Positions 51,509-64,000 of a DNA stretch of 64,000 nt are shown here, piece by piece. Location of the stretch: the NCBI RefSeq assembly GCF_964355755.1, contig NC_092676.1, positions 14,464,871 to 14,528,870 on the forward strand, in the 5' to 3' direction. The DNA is from Antedon mediterranea (taxonomy: Eukaryota; Animalia; Echinodermata). Within the stretch, counting starts at the first letter, position 1. Every line of letters begins with the position of its first letter. The position numbers were made by a program, and so were the translations under genes. The notes beneath the pieces were generated by a model. The model was not told the DNA's origin, did not search any database, and saw only the letters and a list, made by a program, of their open reading frames with translations.

Positions 51509-52431
51509 GCGATTTTTTTTTTCGTACATAAGTTGGGGACCCCCTCATGAAACGTCACAAAATAAACATGAATAATTCATCAGTTAAATTTTCTTGTTCC
51601 GTGTGCACCCAAGCGTATAGCAACAAGAAGTGATTACACAAGTGCGGTACGATTCTAGGCCTAATCTCCGCTGTGGTTGCCGCGTGGGATTTCATAAAAG
51701 AATAGCGGCGTTTTGTGTGGATTGTCGAAATAATCAGCCTTTAGTTTATGGTGTTTTTAATATAATTTATTACTAAAGAATTACGTGTTAAAATTATAGT
51801 TTCTATTAATACTATTAGGCCTAATTATTAGTCTCTAAACCCATGTCTATTCTAGTAGTAGCTGTGTGTGTGTGACGTGTGTGTGTTAGGTATGACACAG
51901 TCCGAGTAATAAGTCAGCAAAATTAAACAATTTAAAACATTACACAAAAATACATTTTTTATTCTCATGGGTCTAATCTTCCCATCTCATGTGTTCATAT
52001 ACGCGCATTTTTAAAGTTCCTTTGAGTAGCCTACATACATATTGTTTGATAATAAAATAGCAGAATTAAAAAATTACAGTACACAAATTATACACATTTG
52101 TTATTCTTGTGGGTCTAAGCTTTCTTTGGGCTATGTCCAATTACTACTTAGTTTAATGTCTTGCCTAGCTGTCGATTAGCCTCGACACATTTTGCATAGT
52201 GGTAGTGTGTGTGTGAAGAAGAGTGCGCGAAGGCAATCACGTGAATTGACCTAGAATCCTAGGCCTACTGTAGAAAGAATCGTATCGCAGTTTAGTTGTG
52301 CGTGTAATCACTTCTTGTTGCTATACGCTTGGGTGCACACGGAACAACAAATTTAACTGATGAATTATTCATGTTTATTTTGTGACGTTTCATGAGGGGG
52401 TCCCCAACTCATGTACGAAAAAAAAAATCGC
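51509..52431. mobile_element. Mutator-like (MULE) non-autonomous element
   Basis: ~150-bp TIRs starting GCGATTTTTTTT; 9-bp TSD GTCCTGGCC at 51500-51508 and 52432-52440. Confidence 0.85.
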
Positions 52432-52462
52432 GTCCTGGCCAACTATGCCTTACCTTAGCCTA

Positions 52463-52802
52463 ATGCACTTGTCAATTGTATGACCCACTATACGACCCCC
52501 GGGAGAGGTGCGTCATTTGTCCGATGTGCGTCATACTTTTGAATACCATGACGCACCCGTGCGTCAAAAAGGTGACTTACCTTTAGGTGACCATGACGCA
52601 CCCATTTTGACGCACTGTGACCATGTTGTTTATGATATGGTGGGTGGTAAAGTGACGGACATTGACACACCTTGTTCATTGATGTGACGTACCATCTAGG
52701 TTTTTTGACGCACCCCTGCGTCAGTAATTATTTGTAAATGACGCACCCATGACGCACCTCTCCCGGGGGTCGTATAGTGAGTCATACAATTGACAAGTGC
52801 AT
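52463..52802. mobile_element. Palindromic MITE with ~50-bp near-perfect TIRs
   Basis: atgcacttgtcaattgtatgacccactatacgacccccgggagaggtgcgtcat and its reverse complement at the right end; about ten TGACGCA/TGCGTCA motifs. Confidence 0.8.
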
Positions 52803-54090
52803 AACTTTTCTAGCCTAGCTTGTTGGCCTAGAAATCAGACAGAAAACCTGAAAAGTATTTACCTGCAATTCATAAATTATACAATTCTAATATGCAACAG
52901 CCATTAAAATATTGATAATAAGTTACAAAGTGTCATTTTAAAATAATTAAGAAAGATATTTGATCGTGTTTACATGTGTCACACATGGGCGCACGCACAA
53001 TAGGGGAGGGCTGAGAGAGCTTCTAGAAGATGCTGACGTCACACGTCAGCACGTGTTTTGAGGAGGATTTGAGTGACCAAAATTGGTTAGAACTTTCGAA
53101 GAAATAATCCATCTTCAAAATGACATAATTAAAGCAACCAGCAGCTAAGCTTTTTTAAATAATAAACATTATATTTAGGCCTCCTATATTAATGTTTCCT
53201 TTTAAAATTGAATATATTTTATTAACTCGTTCCATAAAAACATAAAGGGAAAAATTATTGGTTGGGACAGGGAGTTGTTATTAGTAATAACAACTCCCTG
53301 GTTGGGACATGATCTTCCTGTAAAGGAGGTGTTTCTATGACACCGTACTGGTTGCACTATGAGGCGATGAAGTAAACTCGCCCTTGAATGCGCGCAGGCA
53401 GGGGAATCCCCTTTGTTGGTGGTACCTCGCACTGAGAGCGCGATGAATTGCTCTCCTTTTCGAAGGTTGTTGATTGCGATCGCGCTCGCGATCCTTAAAA
53501 ACGAGGGACTGCCATTAGGCTTGTAGATTTATAACTTGCTTATATATTATTAGCCTAGGCCTAGATTGGTTTTAACTTTTAAAAATCCACGTGTTTTTAG
53601 GCCTCAGTCTTGACAGAAAAATCAACACTGTCAAAAGCTAGGCTCTATTTTGAAAATTAAGGAGCGCGATAAATTGCTCTCCTCGAAGCCTGTTGAGGAG
53701 CGCGGAGGAGCGCGGTCGCGCAGGCGCTCCTTATAAATGATGCCCTGTATATACAAATCCAAAGGCAAATTACTGAAAAAATGACAATGCTGTGGGTATA
53801 ACTCGTTTGCGTACTGTTCAGATCTACAGAAGATGTGTACATATGTCATGTATGTTGCATATGTATTAGAACATCTGGACCGTAAGAAGAGGTATGCTAG
53901 TCTGTTGTTTTAATCTACTTCGCCATTGAATACAGTGGTTCCACAAAGAATATTTTGCAAGGTGTGTAAAGCCCATATGTAGGTGGTTAATTTTCCTGCA
54001 CTATAATATATTTTTATCATGACCTCGAATTGAGAATTCATAATAAACAGATTTTAATGTCTATGTATTTAAATGCAAAAGAAAACATAC

Positions 54091-54251
54091 CTTGCAACCT
54101 TCACATGCCAAAACACCATAATGAAAACCAGAGGATTTGTCACCACACACTTGACAGGTTGAGTTTTGTTGTGGAGAGCTTTGTGTAGAAGTTGGCTTCT
54201 GAACTGTTTGTGGATTTGACATGATTGGTGATGAGGCTAGGCAGTCATCTT
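54091..54251 (-). CDS. Nuclear receptor exon with A/B region and first zinc finger (candidate ATG at 54222)
   Basis: tttatttgcag| ... |gtatgt. MSNPQ...[22 protein letters not shown] with P-box CEGCKG. The true start may lie in an upstream exon. Confidence 0.94.
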
Positions 54252-57200
54252 CTGCAAATAAAATCAACAAAAACAAAAATGTCAGGGGAAAAATACATGA
54301 TTAGTCAGTAGAACCAAAAACAGTGTACAAAATTCATGCTCTTAAACCTGCTTTGATTTTGTAATGTATCATAATCAAACCATGAAATGAGTAAATCTAT
54401 TAGATAATTAACGCTTTTCACTGCGTATACCCAGTACTACCAGGTATTGATAAATGTTGTTGAAATGTGTGTACCAGGTATAGAATAAATACATTGTACA
54501 CCCCTCTATTTTTAAATTCTTTTTAAAAAATTTTTATGTTTATTGGTGATTTTTTTTTAAAAAGATGAAAATTCGCATTAGGTAAAAAATGGGAAATTAT
54601 AATAAATGTTGGGTCACATAAACAAAAATGATGTTAATTACCAATTTTTTTCGTATTCCCCATAAATAATAAAAAAAATAATTAAAAAAAAAAATTTCAA
54701 AAATCTCTGGCTTTTTAGAGCAATTTGGTTAATTTCAATCTGTTTCCGGCAGGCACATAAATACAGCAAAATTCTTCTATGTCTAAAAATATTGAGTAAA
54801 CAATAATAAACAAAATGAAATAAAATAAGTTATTCTTCAATGACATTCTAGTATATGATATTTTCACTTTTATTTTGCTAGTGGTTGGTACAAAATTAGT
54901 GAAGGACTATGAATTCTTTGAATATAATTATGAACATAAACCACAAGAGTATATAGCATTATTTTTACAAATGTTAATAATTGTAGTGAATGAGGTTTTC
55001 AACATCACATATGCTATATTTTGTTAATAGACCCAACAATGATAGATACTTTCTACACAGTGCATGACCATACTGTCCCAGGTACAGTTTAACAAGGAAA
55101 TCAGTTGCTTTTGTGCGATCAACAAACATACCCTGGTCACATATACCATAACAAATAAGGACAAATCTAGTGATTTTTCTTTTCATTTACAATATCAAAT
55201 CTTAATTTGAAATTTAATGCATATGTAATTGTAAATACTATGTTTAACAGTACCAGCTATATTGTTAATATCATTTCTTTGGCATAAAGTTTCAAATTCT
55301 AAACTAATAAATATTTATTACTTACATGCAACAAATTATAAGCTAATTTTGCAGCGAGTATATACGGGAAAACAAACAGCATTGCATTATAATAATTTGT
55401 TAATATACAGGGCCTGGAAATAACTATTAATATTATCTCATATATAGGACCAATGCAACGATCTAGGATCTGAAGATATGGGTGTGAAGCAACAAATGAA
55501 GGGCTGAGTTGGGAGGTAGATGACCGCAAATTTAAAAAAAAGCTCACACACACAAGATGCAATGTGTACATAATAACCTGGATTTATAAATCTCTAAGCG
55601 TGATAGGTCTACATATATAATTACCTCGGTCATTATTTGTATGGAAACAAATATTCTTCAACCAGACATTAGTTAGCGTTAATCTACATATAAATTTACG
55701 TAAGGGCAAAATTTGATCAATCGCGAGTTACGAATTTTTACTTAGATGGTATATAAAGTTGGTACATATTGTCGATACTGATTTTTAACACCCAATGAAA
55801 ACCACAACACTAATTAGGTTGAGGTATATAATTAGTTATATTGATAATAAAAAGTTCAACTATTTGCCCCAAATAGGGGTGTTTTCCGATCGTGGTATAC
55901 ACTGTCTAATGGATGTCCATCTTGAAAAATACCCGCACACAATAATACAAGGATGTTTCGCATTTACCTATCTCCTTCTACGATAATTGTTATTGATAGT
56001 TGAAAACCGGTTGAACAGCTAGAGTACAGCATCATAATTTTGAAGACAAACCAACTTTATTAAAAAATACTATTTTAATAGATTTTAAATACATTTATAC
56101 AAATGTATTGCTTGGTGATGAATGGAACATTCCAATCTCTTTTCCAAATGTGTCAATTCTCTCAGGTGTATTAAATCAGCCCAACAAAAAACAGTACAGT
56201 ACCTGTACACTAATAACAGTAGAAATTTGATCCATTTTTTGGAGTTAAATCTGTGACTGCAGAGGTGGGATACCAGTAGGTTAAAAATAAATATACAATG
56301 TAAAACTGAAAATGCTAATAAACTTCAGTAACTGTATACAGTAGTACATATGTACAGAAAAAAAAAATTTATACAGTATTATATATTAAGAAAAAAATAA
56401 TCCATGTTTGACACAAATTTTATAATTATGAAGATACCCCTCCATCATCAAATAACAAGACGAAGAGTGTGGAAGGCCGATACCATTGCAATAAACAAAA
56501 TTTACCTACAGTTTATTTTTAATTTTAAAATTTTCATGGTGACAATTATATTTGGCTACAGAATGACATCATATTTGTATTCAATCGCTCTGTTTACATT
56601 TTGAAAATTACCAGTTATGCGATCACGCCAAAGTTCTTGTATTTCAGAGCCATCTGGAAATTGCAAGAGCGTATGTATACATTTACGTAAAGGACTTATA
56701 GGACATAAATTTGTATTTGAATATTTAAAGACCCCTTCCCTGCAATTTTGGACGTTTTTTGGAAAATAATACATATATATCACTTTAAAAACATTAAACC
56801 ATGTCATTCCTTGTCTTAAATGTACGTTTTATGGTAAATTATGATAAAAAGTGAGAAACAATGCACTACCTAAGTAGCTCGCGGCGATCGACCTCTCGTG
56901 GACGTTCTTAGGCCTAGGCTTAGTTTTGTAGGCCTAGCTGGTAAACATCGGTAACGTACGAACATCATATGCTAGCTATATACCTAGCCTGACGTTGTAT
57001 AGTTGCTGCATTAATTGTCTTTCTATTTTTGCCGGACTCCGTTGATACAAATTGGGGAAAACCCGGTATTTTCGCTGAAAAGTTAGGAGTCTTCCATTTG
57101 TTTTGGCTTCACGATCGATCGAAAAGTGGGAGAGTTACAGGTGAAAAACAAAAATATCAATCCGCGCGCAATGCATTTTGGGATTTATAGCGGGCCGCTA

Positions 57201-57377
57201 TAATTATTAGAATCGACTTATTTTTCACATTTTTAACCGTTTAAAGACGAAAAAAGTTATCGCAATAGGACCATATAGTATTATTTTTACATTAAATATA
57301 GTTTGTGCTCTTAAATTAGATCTAAAAAACGTAGGGAAGGGGGCTTTAAGGCCACATATTTCAGTAAATTGCGCATA

Positions 57378-58184
57378 CCGTATATTTCGGTGTATAAGTC
57401 GCACTTTTGACACGCAAATTTGACCTCTAAATTAAGGGTGCGTCTTATACACCGAACATAAATGCCTCACCACACAGATTGTACATAGGCCTAGGCCTAG
57501 GCTATCGTCACCTCGTTTGCTAGGCCTGAGTAGACTAGGCCTAGCTAAAGTAACTAACTAACGTAACGGCAACCTGCTTCTGCCTAGTTTTCAAGGCATT
57601 TTAGCATGATGTTATACTAAAAATATGATGGAAAGATTTGTTCATTATGGCGATAAAATTTCATTTGTAAACGTTTACGTACGATTGGAATAGTATTTAT
57701 TTATACAGTAGTTATACGCACGATCGCCGTACCCCCAGCGCAAGCCCTTCTTGGCGGCCACATGGTGTACGGTATTCGACTAGTATATTCTCCAGGTGAT
57801 TATAGCATGGACCTAGCGTATACACTTCTTAGATACATGGATACTAATCGAATACGATTGTCCGTGAAAACGTCCGCCCTCTCGAAATGATCGAGCGAGG
57901 CTAGCACACATGTACGTGTATACACACATGGTCATGCACTCGATGTTGCGGCTGTTGAGGCTGGGCGCGGCCGAGCCTAGGTAAGAAAAAAACCTAAATA
58001 AAGGACGCCGTTGCAGATATAACAAAATATATTATTACAATAATATTGATTACAATTTTAAAAAACATTGTTTTGATGAAATATAATATATTATACACCG
58101 ACGATATAAAAAATACTGATATTTTACTCTCAGTTAGGGGGTGCGTCTTATACACAGGTGCGACTTATACACCGAAATATACGG
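57378..58184. mobile_element. Tc1/mariner (pogo-like) MITE
   Basis: TA|CCGTATATTTCGGTGTATAAGTCGCAC ... GTGCGACTTATACACCGAAATATACGG|TA, with subterminal gtgcgtcttatacac repeats. Confidence 0.9.
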
Positions 58185-58354
58185 TAACCTTTTTCTCAAT
58201 GGTTTAGAACATGGGTTCATACTTTCTACTAAATTGTACCAGAAATTTCAAACCATTAGGCATATTTTATAAGTTTTCTAAATTCTATATGCTTTTTAAA
58301 AATGTTTTTATTGATATTTTGTTTTATAACCAGCAACCAATTTTGTTTTTATAC

Positions 58355-59008
58355 TTGTTTGTGAAACACAATAAAACTAACTTCAACTATGCCACATAAT
58401 TGCAGCCATTAAGCTTACTTCTAGTTCAGATTATTTAAATATCCTTCTTATATAATATCATAACACATGGGTTTTTTTAGGAATATAGTATAAGTATAGA
58501 CTAAAATAAATTGGTATACTCCATTGTGTGGGATGTCTATAATAATTACCAAGAAATAGGCAGGAATTAATCGATTTCCACAAATGAAAATGGCTAATGT
58601 TTGGTGTGGGGATTCTGTAGTATACAAACCAAATGGAATTATTGGTACCGTTACATGTATATAAAACATTCATTATTTGTTTGTGAAACACAATAAAACT
58701 AACTTCAACTATGCCACATAATTGCAGCCATTAAGCTTACTTCTAGTTCAGATTATTTAAATATCCTTCTTATATAATATCATAACACATGGGTTTTTTT
58801 AGGAATATAGTATAAGTATAGACTAAAATAAATTGGTATACTCCATTGTGTGGGATGTCTATAATAATTACCAAGAAATAGGCAGGAATTAATCGATTTC
58901 CACAAATGAAAATGGCTAATGTTTGGTGTGGGGATTCTGTAGTATACAAACCAAATGGAATTATTGGTACCGTTACATGTATATAAAACATTCATTATTT
59001 GTTTGTGA
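58355..59008. repeat. 322-bp tandem duplication, apparently exact
   Basis: Identical ORF pairs offset by 322 bp (58448/58770); ttgtttgtga at all three junctions. Confidence 0.92.
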
Positions 59009-62000
59009 CAAACCTACTGTTAATTATGTCAACAACATATTCTTTAAGGTCTAGCTTGCCTAGGCTAGTTTTGAAAGGCAAATTAGCAATACAAAAAATC
59101 ACCAGGCAACTGAAACTGACCTAGGAAGGCAATTGCTTTTTTTGGTCTAATCGAGTGCTATATTGAATTTGTTATTGTTTACCATGAAATCTTGCATCGG
59201 CTCAACCCACTAATTAATTAATTAATTTTATAGCATTACCAGAATTACCAAAAGTCCAAATGTGTTTTTTTTTTCAGGAAAATGTTTATGCGACATTAAA
59301 ATGAAAATATTATAAATATTTTTTCAGGGAAAAATATATAAACTTTGACTGTCACTGTCAGGGGATTTAAATACCGTTAGTAACTGCCTTATTTGTTATT
59401 TGGTCAAACCACCAAATTCAAATGTTATTATTAGAAAAGATCTGAGCAGTAGAAATTTTAAGCTTAAAACACTGAGTGACATAGAGTTGTTAAGAGATGT
59501 AAAAACTATCAAATGTACAGGTATTTTGCTTGATCTTTTCAATCCTGTCATAAACAAAGGTCCTTATAGTTTCATATTTTAAGAAGTCAGAAGGCATACC
59601 ACTCGCTCTATAACTAGTCAAATTATTTTCTATGGATTCCCAAACTTTAAAAGTTCAATTTTGGGAGGTCCCAATTTTATTGATTTAGATAGTGAAAGAC
59701 CAAAGAAATTACATTACCTTTAACTTTTTCAACCTACACTAAAGTACTGTATGTAATCAGCTTACCTTGCTTATGGATAGAATTATGATCATTGTATTAT
59801 GCTGAGTAGTAACTAATCTTGAACCCAGATTGCATTTTTTGACTGTGACAGTGTTAATTTGGCTAAATACTTTGCAGGGCTTGTTTTGAGGGGAGGAGGA
59901 AGGATGACTGAGTTATTATTCATCTTAAGACCTTCCGATTAATAGTCAACATTTTTTAAAACAGTTTCACCATCAATTTACATGAAGGACACACAATTAA
60001 AAGTGTATATCATTTAGGGCCTGTTTCTGCTGCCAATAAAAATACTGTATATATTTCAGTATTTTCTAAATATTGTTACGTTATATTTTTTTGATTATTA
60101 ATTAATAAATTTACACCGTATTTTGTGTACGCTATACTATGCAAAGAATTACACAATAATAATTTCTAATCAATTGCGCATACATTTCAGATTATTTTAA
60201 AAATTTTCTAATTTGTTTGCGTTTTGCGCATGCACTAACTTGTGCGCACAGCTCGTACAAAGTGTAGAAAAATGGTTTTTGCAATTGATTTTTGTGTTTC
60301 ATACCTTCTGTAGTAGATTTTATTCATTTTTAATAACTTTAAATACAAAATAACGATGCATGTGCACATTTTCATTCTTCAAATTTTCATTAATGTATTT
60401 ATTTAGATAATTATCTTCATCGTGTTAACAATTGGATTTAAAAGATGGGTCTCGTAATTTCATCTATGCTACACTATAACACATACAGTGTATTCTGTAA
60501 ATACTGTAAATATGATGTACGATACAATACGTTCATATGCATGTTGCATTTACGCGGATAACCTGAACTCATCAAACTGACGAGTTCAAATCTAGTTATA
60601 TGTTGTAGTTGACATGTAGAAGTACATTTTTTGTTTAATTTTGTTTAAATTGGGCGCGTTACTTGTAGTAAATTTCAAGGTAAACATATAGAGCAAATTT
60701 TCATCCAATACAGGATTACCCAAAAATACACAAAATTCCTTAAGATCTCCCTTTTACAAAAATACCTTGCTTAAACAAAATCTGTATTTCCCGCGTGGCA
60801 GCGTCACTTTTTGTAAAAGAATATCTAATATCTTGTGATATCTAAAAAAAAATTTGAAATTTTGGCTTTACTCGCTATAGGATAGTGCATGATTTTGACA
60901 TTTAGAGTTCATGGGAATGAAAGCAATTTACATGTGTGCTCTGCGCAAACAAAATTTAAAAAATAGAAGCAGAAATGCTCAAATGTCCTGAACCATGCTC
61001 TAATTTGTTGTTAAGTTGAACATTATTGTATTTTTTACATTTTTGCGATGTTCAATTATGCAAAATTAACTGTTTCTGCGTCACGGACATGTATATGGCA
61101 TTGTTTCATATTTGTCTCATAGCATACTGTACACACAGTGTAGCATAGAAGAAATTATATAGCACCTAAATAAATTCCTGTCATTTGATTGGACGATTGT
61201 GGGTCACATTGTGTGCAATAGTACGCAGTATTAAATGGTTGTTTAATAGTTTTCATGTCTTTTTTCTCGCATTTGGAAAATGTTTTTTTTACTATCGCCG
61301 CAAAAAGTGAATGTTATGACTAGTTTTGTTTCAAAGCCAATGTAGGCCTTGGGTTTGATTTAAATTACAAAATCTGCTTATTCATGAAACCAGAACGTAG
61401 ATATTTCCTGTATTTTGTAAGAACAAGCAGGGTGCAACGATTTTATTACAATACAATACATAAACAACGCGCTCGTCAAAATATCAAACAGGTAATACAA
61501 GATATATTACCCTTCTGATCCGCTTAACTGAGTAAATGGGCGCAACACGGAATTATATCTCATACATATTGACCAATCAGATTACAGAATTCACGTACAC
61601 TAAACGATAATGTTTTATATTCGTGTAATTATTTGTATTTGTATATTATGAGACCCATCTTTTATTTCAATTCTTAACATGATGACATCATTAAAATGAA
61701 ACATGAAGACTGTTTGAGCAATTAAATTATTAATATTTAAAACATTTATATGCAATGGATTTTAATAAAAGAGATAAATATCTGACGTTTTGAATACAAC
61801 AGACCATATGAAGACGCCACGACATTCGATAGACAAAATTGTTATATGAATTCATATCTTCAATTCAATAGCTTCCATAATAAGCTCTAATTATGAGGGT
61901 CATATTTCATTCCAAGGGCCTGTAGACAACAAATTGAATTATACTGTAAAAATGAAATTACATTATTCCTATTTTTTTGTTGTGATAACGTAATAAGAAT

Positions 62001-63646
62001 AAAAAGGTTTATAACACATGTGAAAGAGAATTGATTAAGCAAGATCATAAGAAAATGGGGTAGGCATTAGCTCACTCTATTACCGTAAATGGATTTAACT
62101 AGTACTAAAATATGATGACATCATAACATCCCGTATGTACAAATGTTACATGAATTCATATCTACAACTCATCATAGAAGCTATTGTATTTGCATTACTA
62201 AGACCCTATATTATAAATAATTAAGATTCTAACCAAATCAACCCCATAGTTTATCTTTTAAAAAATCAATTATCTTATTTATTACTAAATTAAACATTGA
62301 TACGAACTGCCATTGACACTTTTGGTGTACATGAATTAACTAAACAAAACAGAGGACCGATAAATGCGTAATTAGATACACAGGTGAGTAAATATGTGTG
62401 TTGATTGGGTCATTCAACTGCAGTTTATAAGGCCAGCCAAAATATTGTACAAATGATGAATATTGATGATATAACAACGTAAATTAGTTTTATTGAAGTG
62501 GTGGTGTAATCAGGGCTTTTCTTTCTGTTATTTTACTTCAGTTCAAACAAAAAAATCCATATAAAAATTAGCAGTTTCTGAGAAATACAAATTTATTTGA
62601 AAATATCGAAAAAGCGCTAAATTTATTTTTTTCAGCAGTTAGGTGGTTCTCCTCCACTCTGCGATCAACAAAAAATGAAAAAAAGGTCACGGTACATGTT
62701 ATGTCACATCTCCTCTTACTGCATGCTGTTGCATGGCCATGCTCGATGAGCTGACGACCATAATATTGGCGACTACCAATCATATAACTTTCAATTCTAT
62801 GTCTGTGTACTTTTATTTGTCAGAGTTTACAAATGTTACTCAAAAATGATATTGACACAACTTCTCCTGGGAATAGAATTTTAATAGATATGAATCAGGA
62901 ATTAAAACACTGTTTTTTTAGGTAGATAAGAAACACACTAAATAGTAAATTTGAAGCATGCTTTGAGGTACTAAACTAAACTCTACTCTTAAAAGGATCT
63001 TAGGAAATAGCTTCACAGTTGATTATAATCTTCTTGTTTAATCTGTTCTTGTTAATATAATACTTAATGACATTATCTCTAAAATGAAAGTGAATGGGAA
63101 TAGCTACCTTTAAAATGAAACTTACTTTTACTCAAAAGCAGTTTCAATAGCTAAAATATACAAAATAGGATTATACGTTCCTAGAGTCCTGCAGATTTTT
63201 CCAAAGTGTGAAATACTGAAAACCATTTTCTCACACCAAAGAAATTGTCAATCAAATAAATTGATTGTTTGTGAACCTCAAAATGAACAAAATATCACAA
63301 CCAAAAATATCTGACCGTAGGGAAAATTAGTTCCAATAAATACTGTTCCGGTTTCGGTTTGCGCACATGTTTAACATGCTTATTAAAATAATGGATACCC
63401 ACTGCAATAGATTTATAACAATTTTGGAATGTTGTTTTTGCAACAATGAGGCATGAAATGTAAAAAATTCATAACTCCCAACTCTTTCAATAATTGTGCA
63501 TGGTTCCGAGTCAATCTGCTATTAAGGCTACATTCACTCACTTGTTTTTTTATGGGACGAAATTAATACAACAGTGCTGCGTACAATGCAACAGTGCTTT
63601 GAACATTGCTACATTAGATCAAATCAGTTTGATTTCATGCATTAAT

Positions 63647-63938
63647 AGGGACTTTACGAAACACGACGGTTAGGGGAGGACATCAAATATCCTGTGTTTG
63701 CTAGAGCGTAAAATCATATACAGTCAACATAGCCGTTGCGCGAAGACGAAGACCGGCAGTCTCTCCCTATTTTGTTCAAAACGTAGAGAAACTCAAAAGA
63801 ACTAATATACGTGGTGTACCGCAAACATATTTCAACACAACAGAATTTCACGCTAAGCTCTGTCCACTTTTCTAAAGCTAATGCATAAATTATTCATAAG
63901 CACTGTCCTGGCTTCCCGTTGTGTTTCGTAAAGTCCCT
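63647..63938. mobile_element. PIF/Harbinger-like MITE
   Basis: AAT|AGGGACTTTACGAAACAC ... GTGTTTCGTAAAGTCCCT|AAT; 3-bp TSD. Confidence 0.85.
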
Positions 63939-64000
63939 AATGCAAGGCAAGAACACATAAAAACATTGTACAGCACGTAGTCAAGTACGCAGGGTGAACC

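Larger units (their letters stand above)
51138..53747. mobile_element. Non-autonomous DNA transposon in a (TA)n site, hosting two nested elements
   Basis: TA|CAGGGCATCA ... TGATGCCCTG|TA, with subterminal GAGAGC...GCTCTCCT repeats at both ends. Confidence 0.8.

Noticed and set aside
54091-54251. Assigning a gene symbol (E78, E75, Rev-erb or ROR) to the receptor
   Set aside because: Motifs favour E78-like, but the DBD is too divergent to claim orthology without a phylogeny.
58448-58995. Duplicated small genes (73/77/71-aa ORFs)
   Set aside because: Chance ORFs in AT-rich DNA copied by the 322-bp duplication; no recognisable domain.
62380-62440. CCAAT/TATA promoter for the receptor
   Set aside because: The motif order is wrong for minus-strand transcription, and such motifs are expected by chance in AT-rich DNA.

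Overview
AT-rich, intron-rich animal (invertebrate) genomic DNA; not prokaryotic. There are two convergent host genes. (1) The last five coding exons of TMEM135 lie on + (135-198, 3566-3642, 14472-14570, 14786-14853, 17987-18101). (2) A divergent NR1-subfamily nuclear receptor, closest in motifs to E78/NR1E, lies on - in five phase-compatible exons (54091-54251, 49486-49630, 38005-38312, 33817-34207, 32486-32748). It is about 412 aa from the ATG at 54222 and has an atypical C-X6-C D-box. The rest is mostly transposable elements: two Penelope-like elements (PLEs) in TMEM135 introns, each an inverted repeat with hammerhead ribozyme motifs at both ends; decayed Tx1/L1 and CR1 LINEs; Helitron/HINE, Kolobok-, Mutator-, Tc1/mariner- and Harbinger-type non-autonomous elements; TGT...ACA foldback-like elements; and 147-bp, 71-bp and 322-bp tandem repeats. 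The most interesting signals are the ribozyme-capped PLE hairpins inside TMEM135 pre-mRNA, the unusual receptor, and a 147-bp array carrying RORE- and DR1-like sites. Family assignments come from motif recognition by eye; no database searches were run.
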